The notes below the pieces were generated by a model. That model did no database searches and was not told the DNA's origin. It saw nothing but the letters and a program-made list of their open reading frames with translations. From NCBI GenBank assembly GCA_000708835.1, contig DF237321.1, positions 1 to 64,000 on the forward strand: a stretch of DNA of 64,000 bases. The letters are read 5' to 3'. Numbering within the stretch: position 1 is the stretch's first letter; every line of letters begins with the position of its first letter. Shown here one piece after another: positions 1 through 12,004 of the stretch. A program made the translations under genes and the position numbers. The DNA is from Klebsormidium nitens. Taxonomy: Eukaryota; Plantae; Klebsormidiophyceae.

Positions 1-1780
1 CGGTGATCCGGTGGCATTTCTAGTTCAATACACGGGTTCACCCGGCGCCATGAAATAGTTTTTTTAATTTCACACAAGACCTTTTTCTCGATTATTTTAT
101 GGTTTCACCTTTTCGCACTCGGGGTCCCATTTAGTTTCCAAATTTTCTCACCGACCCCAAAATATTTATTTTCAGGTGAATTCCCTTGGCGGTACTAATG
201 CTAGCCCTTACTATTGCTAAATTGAAGAGACATTGTTTTCAGTTCCAAGGAACATGGAGCAGCAGACGCCAGCTCGTCTCTAGGAGCAGCTCAAGTACCA
301 GAAAATGCAGGCATTCAAGTACCTAGATTTCCATTCAGGATTGCAGGACCTGTTGTAGGACCTATCGTTTTGCAATCTCTAGTTGTCGTAAGCATAGTTT
401 GATTACAGGCGGCGATCAGCTGATCTGCCGAAGTTGGGGAGCGACTGCCTTCTTGAGGTAAGTTCAGGTCGTCCGAGATATCACTTTCACACAGAGCTTT
501 TGAGGACGGGTACTAAAATGATTGAAAGAGATCCCAGTATGGATGAGTGAAGGGATGAATGCAATCAGAGGATGATGCGAAATATGCAGCTTGATAGCGG
601 CCATGAACTTCGCCGGAGATAGGTGCGAATGTGTTTTGATCTTGGTTGAACCGTTTGAAAAGCTTTCTGTCTCCCGAATTGACCCACATCTACAACCACC
701 TGTGAGTCAACTGTACATAAGAACTGGAAACAGAAGTATTCAGCACTGCTGGCGAGCTACAGGATTCCTAAAGCATCATTCGGTTTATCTGGAAGAAAGC
801 CATCAACATCTCATAAAGATCACAGTTTGCATGAATCAGCCAGTCCATCACAGTGCTTGTTGAGATCTTGCTTTCTATGACCAGTCTCTTTCCATGCAGG
901 CAAGGCAAGATCGTCAGGAAAGGCTGAAGACTAGGGACCCTTGCATTACTTTCTGAACGTTCCAAGTGCCATACAGACTATGGCAAAGCCGAGAGGGAGC
1001 TTGCACAGGCTAATCGACCAGGTGAGAAGCACAGACAAGCCCTTATTCAGGTGCTTGGGAGGTGACTTGTCATTGTGGCAGAATTTATAGAAAGCAAGCA
1101 AAGACCTGAAAGCTCTAAGTGTAAACACATGCCCTGTTAGTTTAGCCCAGGATTTACAGCCACTCAAGACTAGGATGGGGGCTTCCGGCAGACATACCAT
1201 GCTCAATGCACAAAGGAAAGCTGTATCGTGCCATGCGTATCAATGCTGAAAGGGGCAACTTCTGAACAGGGACGATGGCTCACATCTTTTCGAGATCCAG
1301 AGTCGCTCTGCCTATCCATATTTGATTAACTTGTATCGGAGGAGATTGACTTAAGCAACGTATGAGCAGTAAAACCTTATAAGGAAAAGAGGCCTCCCCA
1401 CAACATCCCGCTTTCTGCCATGACAGCAGTCATAGTGTAATGTTGAAAGCAATGTCAGAGCAAATGCAAGGTACAAGATTTCTGCATCCAGCTTCTTGCA
1501 TCATAGATCAGCTTTTTGCATCGAGATCGGTGTAATTTGTGTCAGCCGGTTGACCACGGGCAGTATGTGCTGGCCGAACTTTCCCTGATGTAATGACTCT
1601 TCTCAAGTTCTTGATCGCAGATGTACTTCGTTTCTTTTCCCTTTGGCGCTTTCCTACATGGTTGTAACCATGGCAAAAGCTCCTTCTTCCTTTTTCCTCT
1701 GCAGTCTAGTGGCTTTTCATGTCAGATGTCATTACACCAGCTGGACCCCTTTCTGACTATCTTTTTTTGTCCTTCTACAG

Positions 1781-4700
1781 AGCTCCCTCGGAAGCGCCGA
1801 CTCATTGGCCAGCCTTTCGAAGACAGAAGAGGAAACCATTGCACAGGACAGTGAGCTGTGGGGGCACATCAGCCGCTATCCCAGCTACACAGACATCCCG
1901 CTCCATCCCCCCGCTTCTGACCAGAACCCCTCTCAGGATGCGCCCCAGCTGGAACTCCCTGGGACAATGGCTCCGCCGGACATTTCGCCTTTGGAAACGT
2001 CTGATGAATTAGACCGCACGGGTTTTGACAATCTGGCGGAAACGTCCGGAAGCGTGTCCCAAGACAGTAGGGTCCGGTGGGGCAAGGCGGACGTCCAAAG
2101 CGTAACACCGGGCGATCGAAGTGCCCCAACCACGCAGAAGGCGGCTTGTCGGATCAGTTCAGAGAGTCAAAATTCGGGCATCCAGACCCGGCCCCTTGAT
2201 CAGCAAGCAGCTTTCCCGGCGCGACAATCTTCGGAGGTCCAAATGGCGGGGTTCGAGCAGCTGCCAAAGGACACAGAGGGGAGCAGCGCATTCGCAGCGC
2301 TCGAAACGCTGGCGAAAGTGCTGCAAGAGGCTGCAGAAAAGCAGGCTCGTGCGGAAGCGGAAGTGGTAGAGTGGAGGGCGAGGTATGAGAGGGAGTGGCG
2401 AAGGGCGGTTGCGGCGGAGGAAAGGCTGACGAAACCAGATGCCCAACCAGGTAGGTGGCATCCTCAAGAAACCCGCCATTGCTCCTGCGGTGGTCTTGGT
2501 CGTTGGTCTTTTCGCTTTCCCTTTGAAACTCAGGATGCATCATACTCTAGCATCAGTCAGTATTTCCTGCCGCTTTCTTAAGATTCAGAACATCTTTGTA
2601 AGGAAAGGGCAAGTGCCTGACTTGTCGGTATGGTGCTTGGCTCGAAGACCTCTTAGAGCAAGCACAGCAGGAGCGCATCCTGAGCTAGTAAAGTTCAGCC
2701 AGTCGCCAGCCCGATTTGTTGCCCGCTGGCTCGTCTGACCGGTTTTTGTCTTGGTTGTGGTTGAGATCGATACTGTCTGGCTGCCAGTACCAGCAAGTTC
2801 CACCGTAAGTCGACACTATCAAACGAAAGCAGCGAAAAATTTGGACGACTTTCTGCCCAGCAGAATCTCCTACCTCTCTCTGTACAGATCAAGAAGGGGA
2901 GCGCGAATTGCTTCAAGGACTCCTGCTTTGTCCCTCTTGAGGCCTCAGCACAACTCGCGAGACGGATCAATATTACACGTAAATTCTCTCAGTATAGCCC
3001 CATTCCTAAATCTTCTCCGCTTGTATCCGTTCTTCATTTGCAGCCAACAGCGAACCGGCTACTCCGTCCTCGCCGCCCCGGGGGGGTGATTCGCGCCCTG
3101 TTCCTTCCCCCTGCTCCTGCTACGACTCGGACATCTGCGGACGAAGGGTCCTCCGGTCCGGCATCGCCGGTGAAAGAGACCGAACCACGAACGGGGATGC
3201 GTACAATGACGGACAGCCCACTGGCGCCACCTGGCGCCACGTAGACAGCGGGCAGCAGAAGGAGGATGCAGAGACGCGTCGGGAGTTACGAGATGGGGAC
3301 AAGGAAGGCCTGCCTCGGAAGGTGAGTGTGCAGAAGATGGACTCGTCGAAAACGTGGTCGACACGGGGTATCACGATCAGGTTTCAAACAAGAGTCGGGA
3401 ATGCTTTGGGACTGGGTTGACGAACTTACCATGGAACGAGACTGGGGGAAGATTCTCTGGTCATAGCTGCGTTTGAATTCTCTGGCGAGGAATTCGCCAA
3501 GCTGGCGTCATTTCTAGGTGCGAAAGCATCACCTTTGAAGTCCAACTTGGAACGTTCGTTCCCTCGTAACACTCTTTGAAACTCTTCCACGATTCTTTCG
3601 CCGATCAGTATCAATCTGGACAGTAGTCGCAGATTTCTTCTGTGATTCCTGTCTTCTTCAGCATAACACTGTGCAATACGCCGGGCGTCATCGGTTGGCT
3701 CAGTGATCCCAGAAAGTGTTTCGTTTGATTCCCTCTGCTGAAGCATTGACCGGTTTCTCCACGCAGCTAATCGTCCTCGAGACCGTCAGAGTCAAGCCAC
3801 TTGCTCCATAAGGCAGTGTGGGAGCTTGACTGGGTCTGCCCTAACGTCACACACACAGCCGATGTTTGCGTGAATTCGTTGTTGACACTGTCCATGCATT
3901 CCACAACTACAACGCCTCCCTACATCTTCTGGCAATCTGCCCTGAATTTTTGAATAATTCGTGCATATTGATTCCCTATGAAAGGATCTGACACTGCGTA
4001 TGCAAAAAGCAAAAGACGTTTGACACGTGTGCAGCTCAACGACTTCTCCCGTCTCAGCAGACTGCTGATGCCTTCCTTGCGCTTCCCTTGCTGCAGGCAC
4101 ATTTCAAGCTCGCGTGGCGGTCTGCCGACGGGGTTGAGACCACGCATCGGCATCGGCATGAGATTGTGTCGTACGAACGGGGCAACATCTCAAACATGGC
4201 CAGGAGTAACAAACAGGTAAGGCGCACAACATCGCACTGCTCGAAATAACTCAAGTATCCTCGATCCGGTTGATCATGTAGACGCATCAGTGTTTTGCTG
4301 GCTGGATCTTAGGCTTAACTTCCCGCAAGATGCAGACCGTAAAGTGGGAGACGAATTCATAAAAAGGACACGACAGCGGCTCCAATGATGGACTAATATA
4401 CGCTTTGAGAAAGCAGCTTCGGATGATGCAACCTGGCTGAGCTTCTCCTGAGCAACGCCTTTGACATCAGTAATCTCACGAAGACAAGCTTCCGACGTCT
4501 CCTAGTCCTGAGGACGTGATATCCCAGAAAGAACTGATTTGGCGAACGCCAATATCAACCCACGCTTAACCCCGTGTCCAGGTGGCGCTCATCTGGGAGA
4601 GTCCTCCCCAGGCGGTCCTCATTGTGCGCAAGCCCAACTCCCCCAGGGTTAGCAAGATGGTTAAGGAGGTGGTCACGTGGTTAACCGGTGTAAAACACCT

Positions 4701-7700
4701 CACGGTTGTGCTGGAGCCGCCAGCATACCGAGAGCTGCTCGAGGAGGGGGGTCCCAGCGAGCGGGTAGAAACGTGGCAAGAAGGTGGGGGTTAGAAAAAT
4801 GCTTGTTTCGATTCCTCGTCCTTCCTGTCATTCCACGCAACTGCGCCAGCCTTGGCCACGTGCCTTGTATTCAAGATGCACTGGCGGCTACCTGGCTCGG
4901 TTTGGTTCGGTTCGGTTCGGTTCGGTTCGGTTCAAATCGCTTCGTTTCGGTTCGGTATGGTCCAGACCGCCAAAAGGGGCGGATTTTGAGGGAAGGTTGC
5001 AATGGTTACAATGGATCAGCACCTTCTTGGACTGTATTTTCTGCACACCCGTTTAAGGCCTCGCTGGGCATACTCGCCTTCTAAAAGTAGACCTCGGGCT
5101 ATTCGTCGCATTGGTTGCTCCAGCTCCTCAATTTCAAAATTCAGAACATCTCATTCATCCGGCGAAGACAATCCGCTGAACCTACGATCCGTTTACTTCC
5201 CGGTGGTCGTGACACTCCATGCTCTTGGAAATTCTTCATCCTTACTATCATGAACCCTGTCAATCAAAAGAATGCAGTCGGCTTTTAAGAATTCGATAGT
5301 CAAGCAGCAAAGACATTGGCTGGCTCCTCTGCAGAGGACGAGCTGCTCTACTTGCACCAGAGGGTCGATCTTGTGGTGACTCTCGGGGGCGACGGCACGG
5401 TCCTATGGGTACGTACTCCAAAACGCATACGTTCTTTTTCTTCAGCGATGTTATTCAGTCGTTCTGTTTAGTAGTGTCTGCAGGTTGGCGGAAGCAAATA
5501 CGTTAGGGGATATCAGCACATGTCTTCGTCGCAGGTGGAAACTGCGCTTCAAAATAAACGGGTCACAGCGACGTTTCTGGCCTCCTTCTGCCAGCGGTTT
5601 GCAGTCAAGCGTCTTCTGCGAGTTTTTCTCCTCCGAAGTCCTTTATCTCGATCAAGAGCGCAAACAGATCCTCGGTCGAGATTGCGTCAACGAAAGGAAC
5701 TTGCTCTACCATCTTTTTTCGAGTTTCGTAAACGTTACTCTCGAAGGCCGTAAGGACCTCGAACGTCAGATCCCGGAGCCCTACATTGATATGGCGCTTA
5801 AGACCCTAAATGTTCAAACGATACACCTTGCAGGCGTCGTCCCTGTTCAAAGGCCCTGTCCCGCCCGTGGTCTCCTTCGCCATGGGCTCGCTCGGCTTCC
5901 TCACGCCCTTCCCCATCGAGCGGTACCAAGAGTGCCTCTCCTCCCTGCTCAAAGGGCCTATCTACCTGGTAAGCTTCTGGAATCGTTGACCGGTCTTTTC
6001 TGAGAAAGACAAGATGCGCATCGGATGTTTTGCTTCGGTGCCCTTGTTTCGAGCTTGCATTTGCCCCGGCAATACCAGGCAGTCTTTCTGATCCAAGGGG
6101 TTGCAAGCTCGATGTGTATTGGGCGCAGGCACTATATGAGTGCTTCGAAAATTACAGCAGACCTCTGGCGGGGAGCCGTACAAAGAATTCTGTGCTTGCT
6201 CTAAATCAAGTGCAATCTCCGCCCAAAGCTTGTGAGCTGCAGACACGACTTTGAAGCAGGACATTTTAGCTGCCGCAGAGAAGAAAATCGACCGTGATTT
6301 GCATTTTTCGTTACTTCAAGCCTCGTCAAGATTTCACACACGCTCTCTCCTGTTGCACAGACGCTGCGCAATCGGATCCAGTGCCGAATTCTTAAAAACA
6401 GCGCGAATGAGACGCATCTACACGAGGGGCGCGAGCCGTCGTTCGAAAGACTCGTGCTCAATGAGGTGGCAATCGACAGGGGAATGTGAGTCCTCAGACC
6501 CTTACTCTTGAGGCAAGGGTCGTCGAAGAAGATATTCCCAAGATAGGATTGTTCAACGACACTGCTGCTTCTCTGCCTTGGCATTTCGTACCTTCCCCAA
6601 GAAACAGGTCTGTTCTCTGCTTACCTACGGTGAATTGTATCCTTTGCTCCTACGAGCAGACTGTTGAACAGAGAAAAGGTCGACTCTCGGTTCTGGCTTG
6701 TTGGCCGGTCCAGGACATTCGCTTCTCCAACAGGAGCTTTTGCAACTTGCCATCTTCTTGCCAGGGTGATCATATAGCAAGTCTTTGCTGCTCTGGATTC
6801 GACTTGGAAGGCAGATTGCACTCGTACAACTTATAGAGTCGAAGCCGCGAGCAATGAGTACAGCAGTGTCGCTAGCCGTCCGTTTGTGACGTTCTCCAAG
6901 CTTCGACTTACGTTTGCCGGAGACCTCCATTTCGCATCCAGGATACGTTTTGCGGTGCATGCAACTTGGCGACGTCTCCGTCCGTCATAGCAAGTTCCGT
7001 ATCGTAAGACTGGCTCCTCCGCTTTTTGGGCAGGTCCTCCTTCTTGACGAACCTGGAGTGCTACTGCGATGGGGACTTTATGACTACGGTACAAGGGGAC
7101 GGGTAGGTTTCCGCGTCAGTCTCGCTTGACAACGGTGTGTGCTGCTGTCAGAAAGCGCACTTGGTCGCTTCGTTTGAGCCACATTTCAGCGATGGTCACC
7201 GCGATCCCCTTTGCGACAGTCCGTCGTCTCGCAAGGCCGCCCGCTTAAACTCTCATGTCCACGAAAGTGGTGTATCGGAAACTGATCAGATTGCAAATCA
7301 AACAAACATTCAAACGTTCTTCTCCGCCAGGCTCATCGTGTCAACCCCCTCCGGCTCCATTGCCTACTCCCTGTCTGTTGTGGCTCAAGTGCGGAAAAGG
7401 ATCTCAGAAAAAGAAGGAAATGATGGAGCATGATGAAGGAAATATTGTCGAAACCTGTACCCTATTCCTCCGCCAGGCTAATTGTATCGACCCCCTCTGG
7501 CTCCACCGCCTACTCCCTATCGGCGGGCGGCTCCATGGTGCACCCGCAGGTCCCCGGCATCCTGTTCACGCCCATCTGCCCCCACTCGCTCTCCTTCCGG
7601 CCGCTCATCCTCCCCGAGTACGTCTGCCTCCAAGTACAAGTACCGTTCGAAACGCGCGGCCAGGCGTGGGCGTCATTCGACGGTGGGTTTCGATGACTAC

Positions 7701-8889
7701 CCGGACATCATCTTTTCCGTTCCCCTACAAGCTTTTCTCCACAACATTTGTCCCGGTTTGAAGCGAGGCGTTTGCCACGTCTGCCTCCAAGTACAAGTAC
7801 GGTTCGAGACGCGCGGCCAGGCGTGGGCGTCGTTCGACGGTGAGGTTCGGACATCATTTTGACGCTCGTAGTCGTGAGGCGGACTCTTCAGCCCTGAATC
7901 AAAAACGCAATTTCGTTATGCGGACGTGCTTATACAGACGGAATGGAGCATTTGGAAGGGTACGTCCGCCTCCAAGTGCAAGAACCGTGGAAATGCGCAG
8001 CCAGGCGTGGGCGTCGTTTGACGGAGAGGTTTGGGATTTGTCCACCACTTCTAGCGTTACTCGAAATTGACGTCAACCTTGCGAACGCCCTCAGCCAAAA
8101 GCGATGAGTTCTGCAGACTTCGTCTTCCATAACGTGCAAGTGTCCTATCAACTGCGTCGGCCAGTCCCTGGGACTTACCCGACTCTGCGTGTCTCAAGTA
8201 TTCTGGGCTCTTTGGACTCCTGTCTGGACGTTATTTGGAGACCCCATGGAAAAGACTTTTGGGACGAGTGCGCTCCGGATGCGCAAATTCCTTAGCGCCC
8301 TTGTCCGATGGAGACTTATCTACTCGTCACACGTTTGTGGACGTCTCTCTAACAATGTTACTGACGCTCTTACGGTGCAGGTAAGCGATGGGTTGAGTCC
8401 GTTTTCCTCTTGCCGAGCTGATGCGAATCTGGTTCTTGTGCAGGGCGGGACAGGCGGCAACTATGCCCGGGGGACTCCCTCGTCCTAGAAATGTCGCACT
8501 GGCCGGTGCCCGGTAGGTCGCCCCGGGCTTGACCCTAAACTCCTAAACCCTTAAATCCCTGAAACTCAAATCTCTGCACATCGGGTTCTCCACACATTAT
8601 GGATCGTACTGCACTTGTCGGAAGTCTCTCCCACTGTCACTTTGAGCCATAAGGCGGGTGATTTCATAGCTCCGTCACTTGTAGACATGCACATATCTCA
8701 CGCTGGTTTTTGGTTAGGGTCTCCTTGGACGGACAATTCTCCTTTCTGTCTCTGTTTTCCCGCTGTCCATCTTAATGCTCAAATATTCGATCCCCCTTCG
8801 CAGCTGCGTGCCGAGAGGACCCGACTCAAGACTTCCTAAATAGTGCCCGGGAGAATCTGCATTGGAACCTGCGTAAGATGCAGGAGTGA
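1781..8889 (+). CDS. NADK1: NAD kinase, plant NADK1-like (multi-exon; 5' end not resolved)
   Basis: Spliced exons read ...[21 protein letters not shown] (to ~2450), AHFKLAWR...[20 protein letters not shown] (~4098-4217), [18 protein letters not shown] (4582-4784), [15 protein letters not shown] (GGDG motif, 5335-5409), [89 protein letters not shown] (7477-7682) and ...[10 protein letters not shown] (stop 8887-8889). These are canonical NAD kinase motifs with GT-AG boundaries. The first visible exon starts at an AG acceptor (1780), so the start codon lies upstream. Confidence 0.92.
4897..4956. repeat. (GGTTC)n microsatellite in an NADK intron
   Basis: Direct reading: tcggtttggttcggttcggttcggttcggttcggttc...ttcgtttcggttcgg. 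Confidence 0.9.
7321..7389 (+). repeat. Intronic echo of the acceptor plus first ~15 codons of the NADK exon at 7477
   Basis: ctccgccag|gctcatcgtgtcaaccccctccggctccattgcctactccctgtct versus the live ctccgccag|gctaattgtatcgaccccctctggctccaccgcctactccctatcg. Confidence 0.9.
7776..8175 (+). repeat. Two clear (7776-7846, 7960-8030) and one decayed (~8118-8172) echoes of the last ~21 codons plus donor of the NADK exon 7477-7682
   Basis: Copies of tacgtctgcctccaagtacaagtaccgttcgaaacgcgcggccaggcgtgggcgtcattcgacg|gt spaced ~155-185 bp apart. Confidence 0.85.
8532..8570. repeat. Short degenerate telomere-like tract (CCCTAAA) in the last NADK intron
   Basis: accctaaactcctaaacccttaaatccctgaaac, ~20 nt after the donor. 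Confidence 0.6.
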
Positions 8890-10653
8890 GGGGCGCTTGA
8901 CCCAATTACATGGCTAATTGCACTTCGTCCAACATTGATTTGTCTCCTTGTACATATTCGCGGAAGGAGATCCTGTACAGTCATTTTTGCACAGGCACAA
9001 GGACTTACTTGTGCAAACCTTCCAATTGAATGGGCGCGCTCAGGAATACGAGGTTTTTGGCAACGTTGGGCTCGCAAGCAGCTGATAAAAGTCGTCGAAG
9101 CGGCAATCGAAGAAACTTATTGTATCTTCTACCTGAAACAAGCTGTTATGTCAACACCGCGGTCCGCAGATAACTAAGACTTCTAAAATACTCCAAAGGA
9201 GAGCGAATTGATTTGTATTCAATAGACATCAAACTTATAGGAATTTGCGGGCAGGCCACCTTCATTCAGATTTCGATCACACAGCTTTTAAGGTCATCCA
9301 TGAGATCATGTCCTCCGATCCCGACTAGCTTTTCAGAAATATTGAGGGGACACGTCTGTACAAACGCGTGCATAAGCGGGCCGTTAATACTACCTTACCG
9401 GAACGGTATGATTCCGAATGGTCGAAATTGCTAATCATTTACTCGAGTACGACCTCTTTTGACGATATATTTCATCCGACCCTGATTCTGATGCGATCCG
9501 CCCTGGGAACCCTCCCGAGCATGCTCCCGAGAGTGCACTTCTTTGCCTCTGAAAAGCTACTGCTGAAAGGATGACCGGCTGAAAATTTTGAACTCCGACG
9601 GCAAGCTTCAATGCAACTATTAAGTTTCTGAATCCAAAAAATCACTTTCTGAACGAAAAATAGGTAATGTAGCTTTCCGAGGGTCAATTATACATATTTA
9701 ATTATTTGGAATCATACCGTTCCGATACGGTATATATTCGAAGTCCATTGAATGGATGTGCTTCGAATCATGGCCGCGGCAAGCTCGCATGTAGGCACTG
9801 TATATGCTGCATCCGACATAACAAGACATTGTGAGGTCCAAAAGATCAATACTATGATATTGAGCGCGTGATACGAAATGTTTGTAGCCTGGAAATGGCC
9901 GGCCTGAGCGCGGAATGTTTCGTAACCAATTGAGCGCGCAGCATGCAAAATAATGTCCAAGCCAATCATGCTCTTAAGCAGGTCGTACGTTTCATGATGC
10001 ACGTCCTGCACCTAACAAGCAACCGTCGCTTTGTAATACGACGCGTCGTATCACTGTCACGGCATGGACGGTCCTGCGGACGTACTGTCGATCCCCTAAT
10101 CAAGAGGCGACCCCTAACAAAATCCGAGTCAGGCGTATGGTATGCGAGTTATATGTAAGTGCAATCAACGACGTCAAATCCAAGCGTACGGAGAGCCTCC
10201 CCATCTTGTTACTTGAGTGCATCCGTCTGCCAGGGCATGATCCAATAATTCAAAAGCTGCGCTCTTCTTCGAAACAAGCGCATGCATGCCATGTACATCC
10301 AGTTGGCAAGTGTGTCGCCCGGCCGGCCACAATAATAAAGCAGAATTTATCGTAAGTAAACTGCGGATTCTGACAACTTACTAACAGCTTGATGCTCTGC
10401 CTCGCATAGGCATGGTTGCTGCAGTTTATTGTTTGACAGAAGCCTATCATTCAGTTTCAAAAGACGATTTTGAGAGTCAAAGCTTCTTCGGTCTCGAGTT
10501 CTGTTGCTTTCTTTCTCGGTGTTCCTGCAAGAGAAGAGCAAACAGACTTGTGAAGCCTTATGGTTGTTACGCGTCTGATAATCCTGACTTAGTTGAACAA
10601 AATATTCTAAGACTAAGCCCAATTAATCACCTTTTTCAACTTCTCACCTTCCA

Positions 10654-11454
10654 TCAGTCCTTCTTCTCGCTTTCGGTGCTCTCCACTTCCCAGGGGGCAG
10701 GCTTGAGTTGGGCTTTCACGCGCTCCTCACGAGCTTGCACATTCATTTTGTAGATCTTATTCTGGAGTTCGTAGGCTGCGTCAACGAGGCTATTACTGTG
10801 ACGTCCCAGCTGTTCGCCACACAGAGCGCATGTCTGAACCACGCAAGTTCGCCCGTGGTTCCCTATTGCGGTCAGCAGCTCTGATGTCTCCTCTCTCGAG
10901 CGCGATTCTGCATTCGAGGTCCAGTCCTTTCCCCGATCCAGCTCAATTCGGCCAAGCTCTGGCAGGACCAGAGTCCACAGCTCCTCCTTGCCATTCCTGA
11001 TGTGGACCGCGCTGTCTTTGCCATCGAAGAGATGCACCAAGAAACATGCCAGGCTCTTTATTTTCTTTGAGCTGCCGGCGTTGTCCTGATCAAAGCCCTG
11101 CAGAACTTGGAGCAGACCCCGTGCGAACGCCCGGGGGAACTCTGCTTCATGTGCACGCCAGCAGTCGAGCAGGCGAGCAGCGTGCACCTTCATCTGGACC
11201 CTGCAATCAAAAAGCTCGCTGATGTCACACTCAGACACCTCATTCAGAATCCAGGGGACGACGACAGAAGGAGAAGCGGCTGCTTTCTTCTCGAGTGTCT
11301 TCTCGGAGTGGAAGTTCTTCTCCAGTTGGCTCGTCTCTTCAGGTTGAACCTTCACAGGCAGATCTGGTGCCATATCCTTCTCGAGCTTCTCGGGGACGTT
11401 GTCCTGCTTGGGGGACTTGCTTAGGGTGCGCTTCATTGCAGAAAATACGCCCAT
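10654..11454 (-). CDS. 266-aa single-exon protein, probable MIF4G-like helical domain (SLIP1/CTIF/PAIP1-like)
   Basis: Uninterrupted ATG-initiated ORF. A charged N-terminal tail is followed by helical segments AFARGLLQVLQ, LACFLVHLFD and CGEQLGRH, which resemble motifs I recall from MIF4GD/SLIP1. The family call is from memory, not a search. Confidence 0.6.
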   Translation of the reverse strand: MGVFSAMKRTLSKSPKQDNVPEKLEKDMAPDLPVKVQPEETSQLEKNFHSEKTLEKKAAASPSVVVPWILNEVSECDISELFDCRVQMKVHAARLLDCWRAHEAEFPRAFARGLLQVLQGFDQDNAGSSKKIKSLACFLVHLFDGKDSAVHIRNGKEELWTLVLPELGRIELDRGKDWTSNAESRSREETSELLTAIGNHGRTCVVQTCALCGEQLGRHSNSLVDAAYELQNKIYKMNVQAREERVKAQLKPAPWEVESTESEKKD

Positions 11455-12004
11455 TGTTGCGGAGAAGCTAGAGCGGATGCGCCTTTTCGTGCGTCTTGTT
11501 ACTCAGACCTTGAAGATGAATGTGAACCTTGAATCTGGAAGATTACTGCGGACAAGTTGTTCAACTGATCTCGGCTGGCTGCGCGAGCAGATGCATTTGT
11601 GTCTGCCAGTCTGGAGAATTACTCCACTTTGTTCAGGTTTGTTCAAAGTCTGTTGTTTGTTCAAACTAATAGTCCTAGTCTCGACGCGGGCGGCTGCAAC
11701 CGGCGGCCGCGTGGGTCCAACTCATTTCAAGGGGGTTTGACAAACGGGACGATGCCGCGGGCGCGGCCGCGTGGCCGTCAGACAGTACGAGTCTGCCAAC
11801 AGAATTGACTTGATTTTCCTTAGAAGGGAAGAAGTCTTGATTTTGATTTCTTGATTCAAAGGATAACGTTTCAGCGCATTAGTCCTGGAGCAGCACCACT
11901 TGCGCAACTCCCTCTGTCAACAACTTAGCTCTTTCGGTCGCAATTCGTCTTATCGCACGGTGGTTGACGGCTCAGAGCGCGGCCGGCCAATTGCAACTTC
12001 TGTT
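11455..12004. promoter_or_regulatory. Probable bidirectional promoter between the MIF4G-like gene and the macroglobulin gene
   Basis: Head-to-head ATGs ~550 bp apart. GC-rich core at 11685-11780 with gcggccgcgtgg present twice. Confidence 0.35.

Noticed and set aside
1-210. AT/T-tract-rich segment that could be a transposon or Helitron end
   Set aside because: No matching terminal repeat, target-site duplication or transposase in the window.
591-1206. Short ORFs upstream of NADK
   Set aside because: No recognisable motifs, no GC3 bias, and no consistent exon chain.
3426-3746. 106-aa antisense ORF inside an NADK intron
   Set aside because: Non-ATG start and no recognisable domain; expected by chance.
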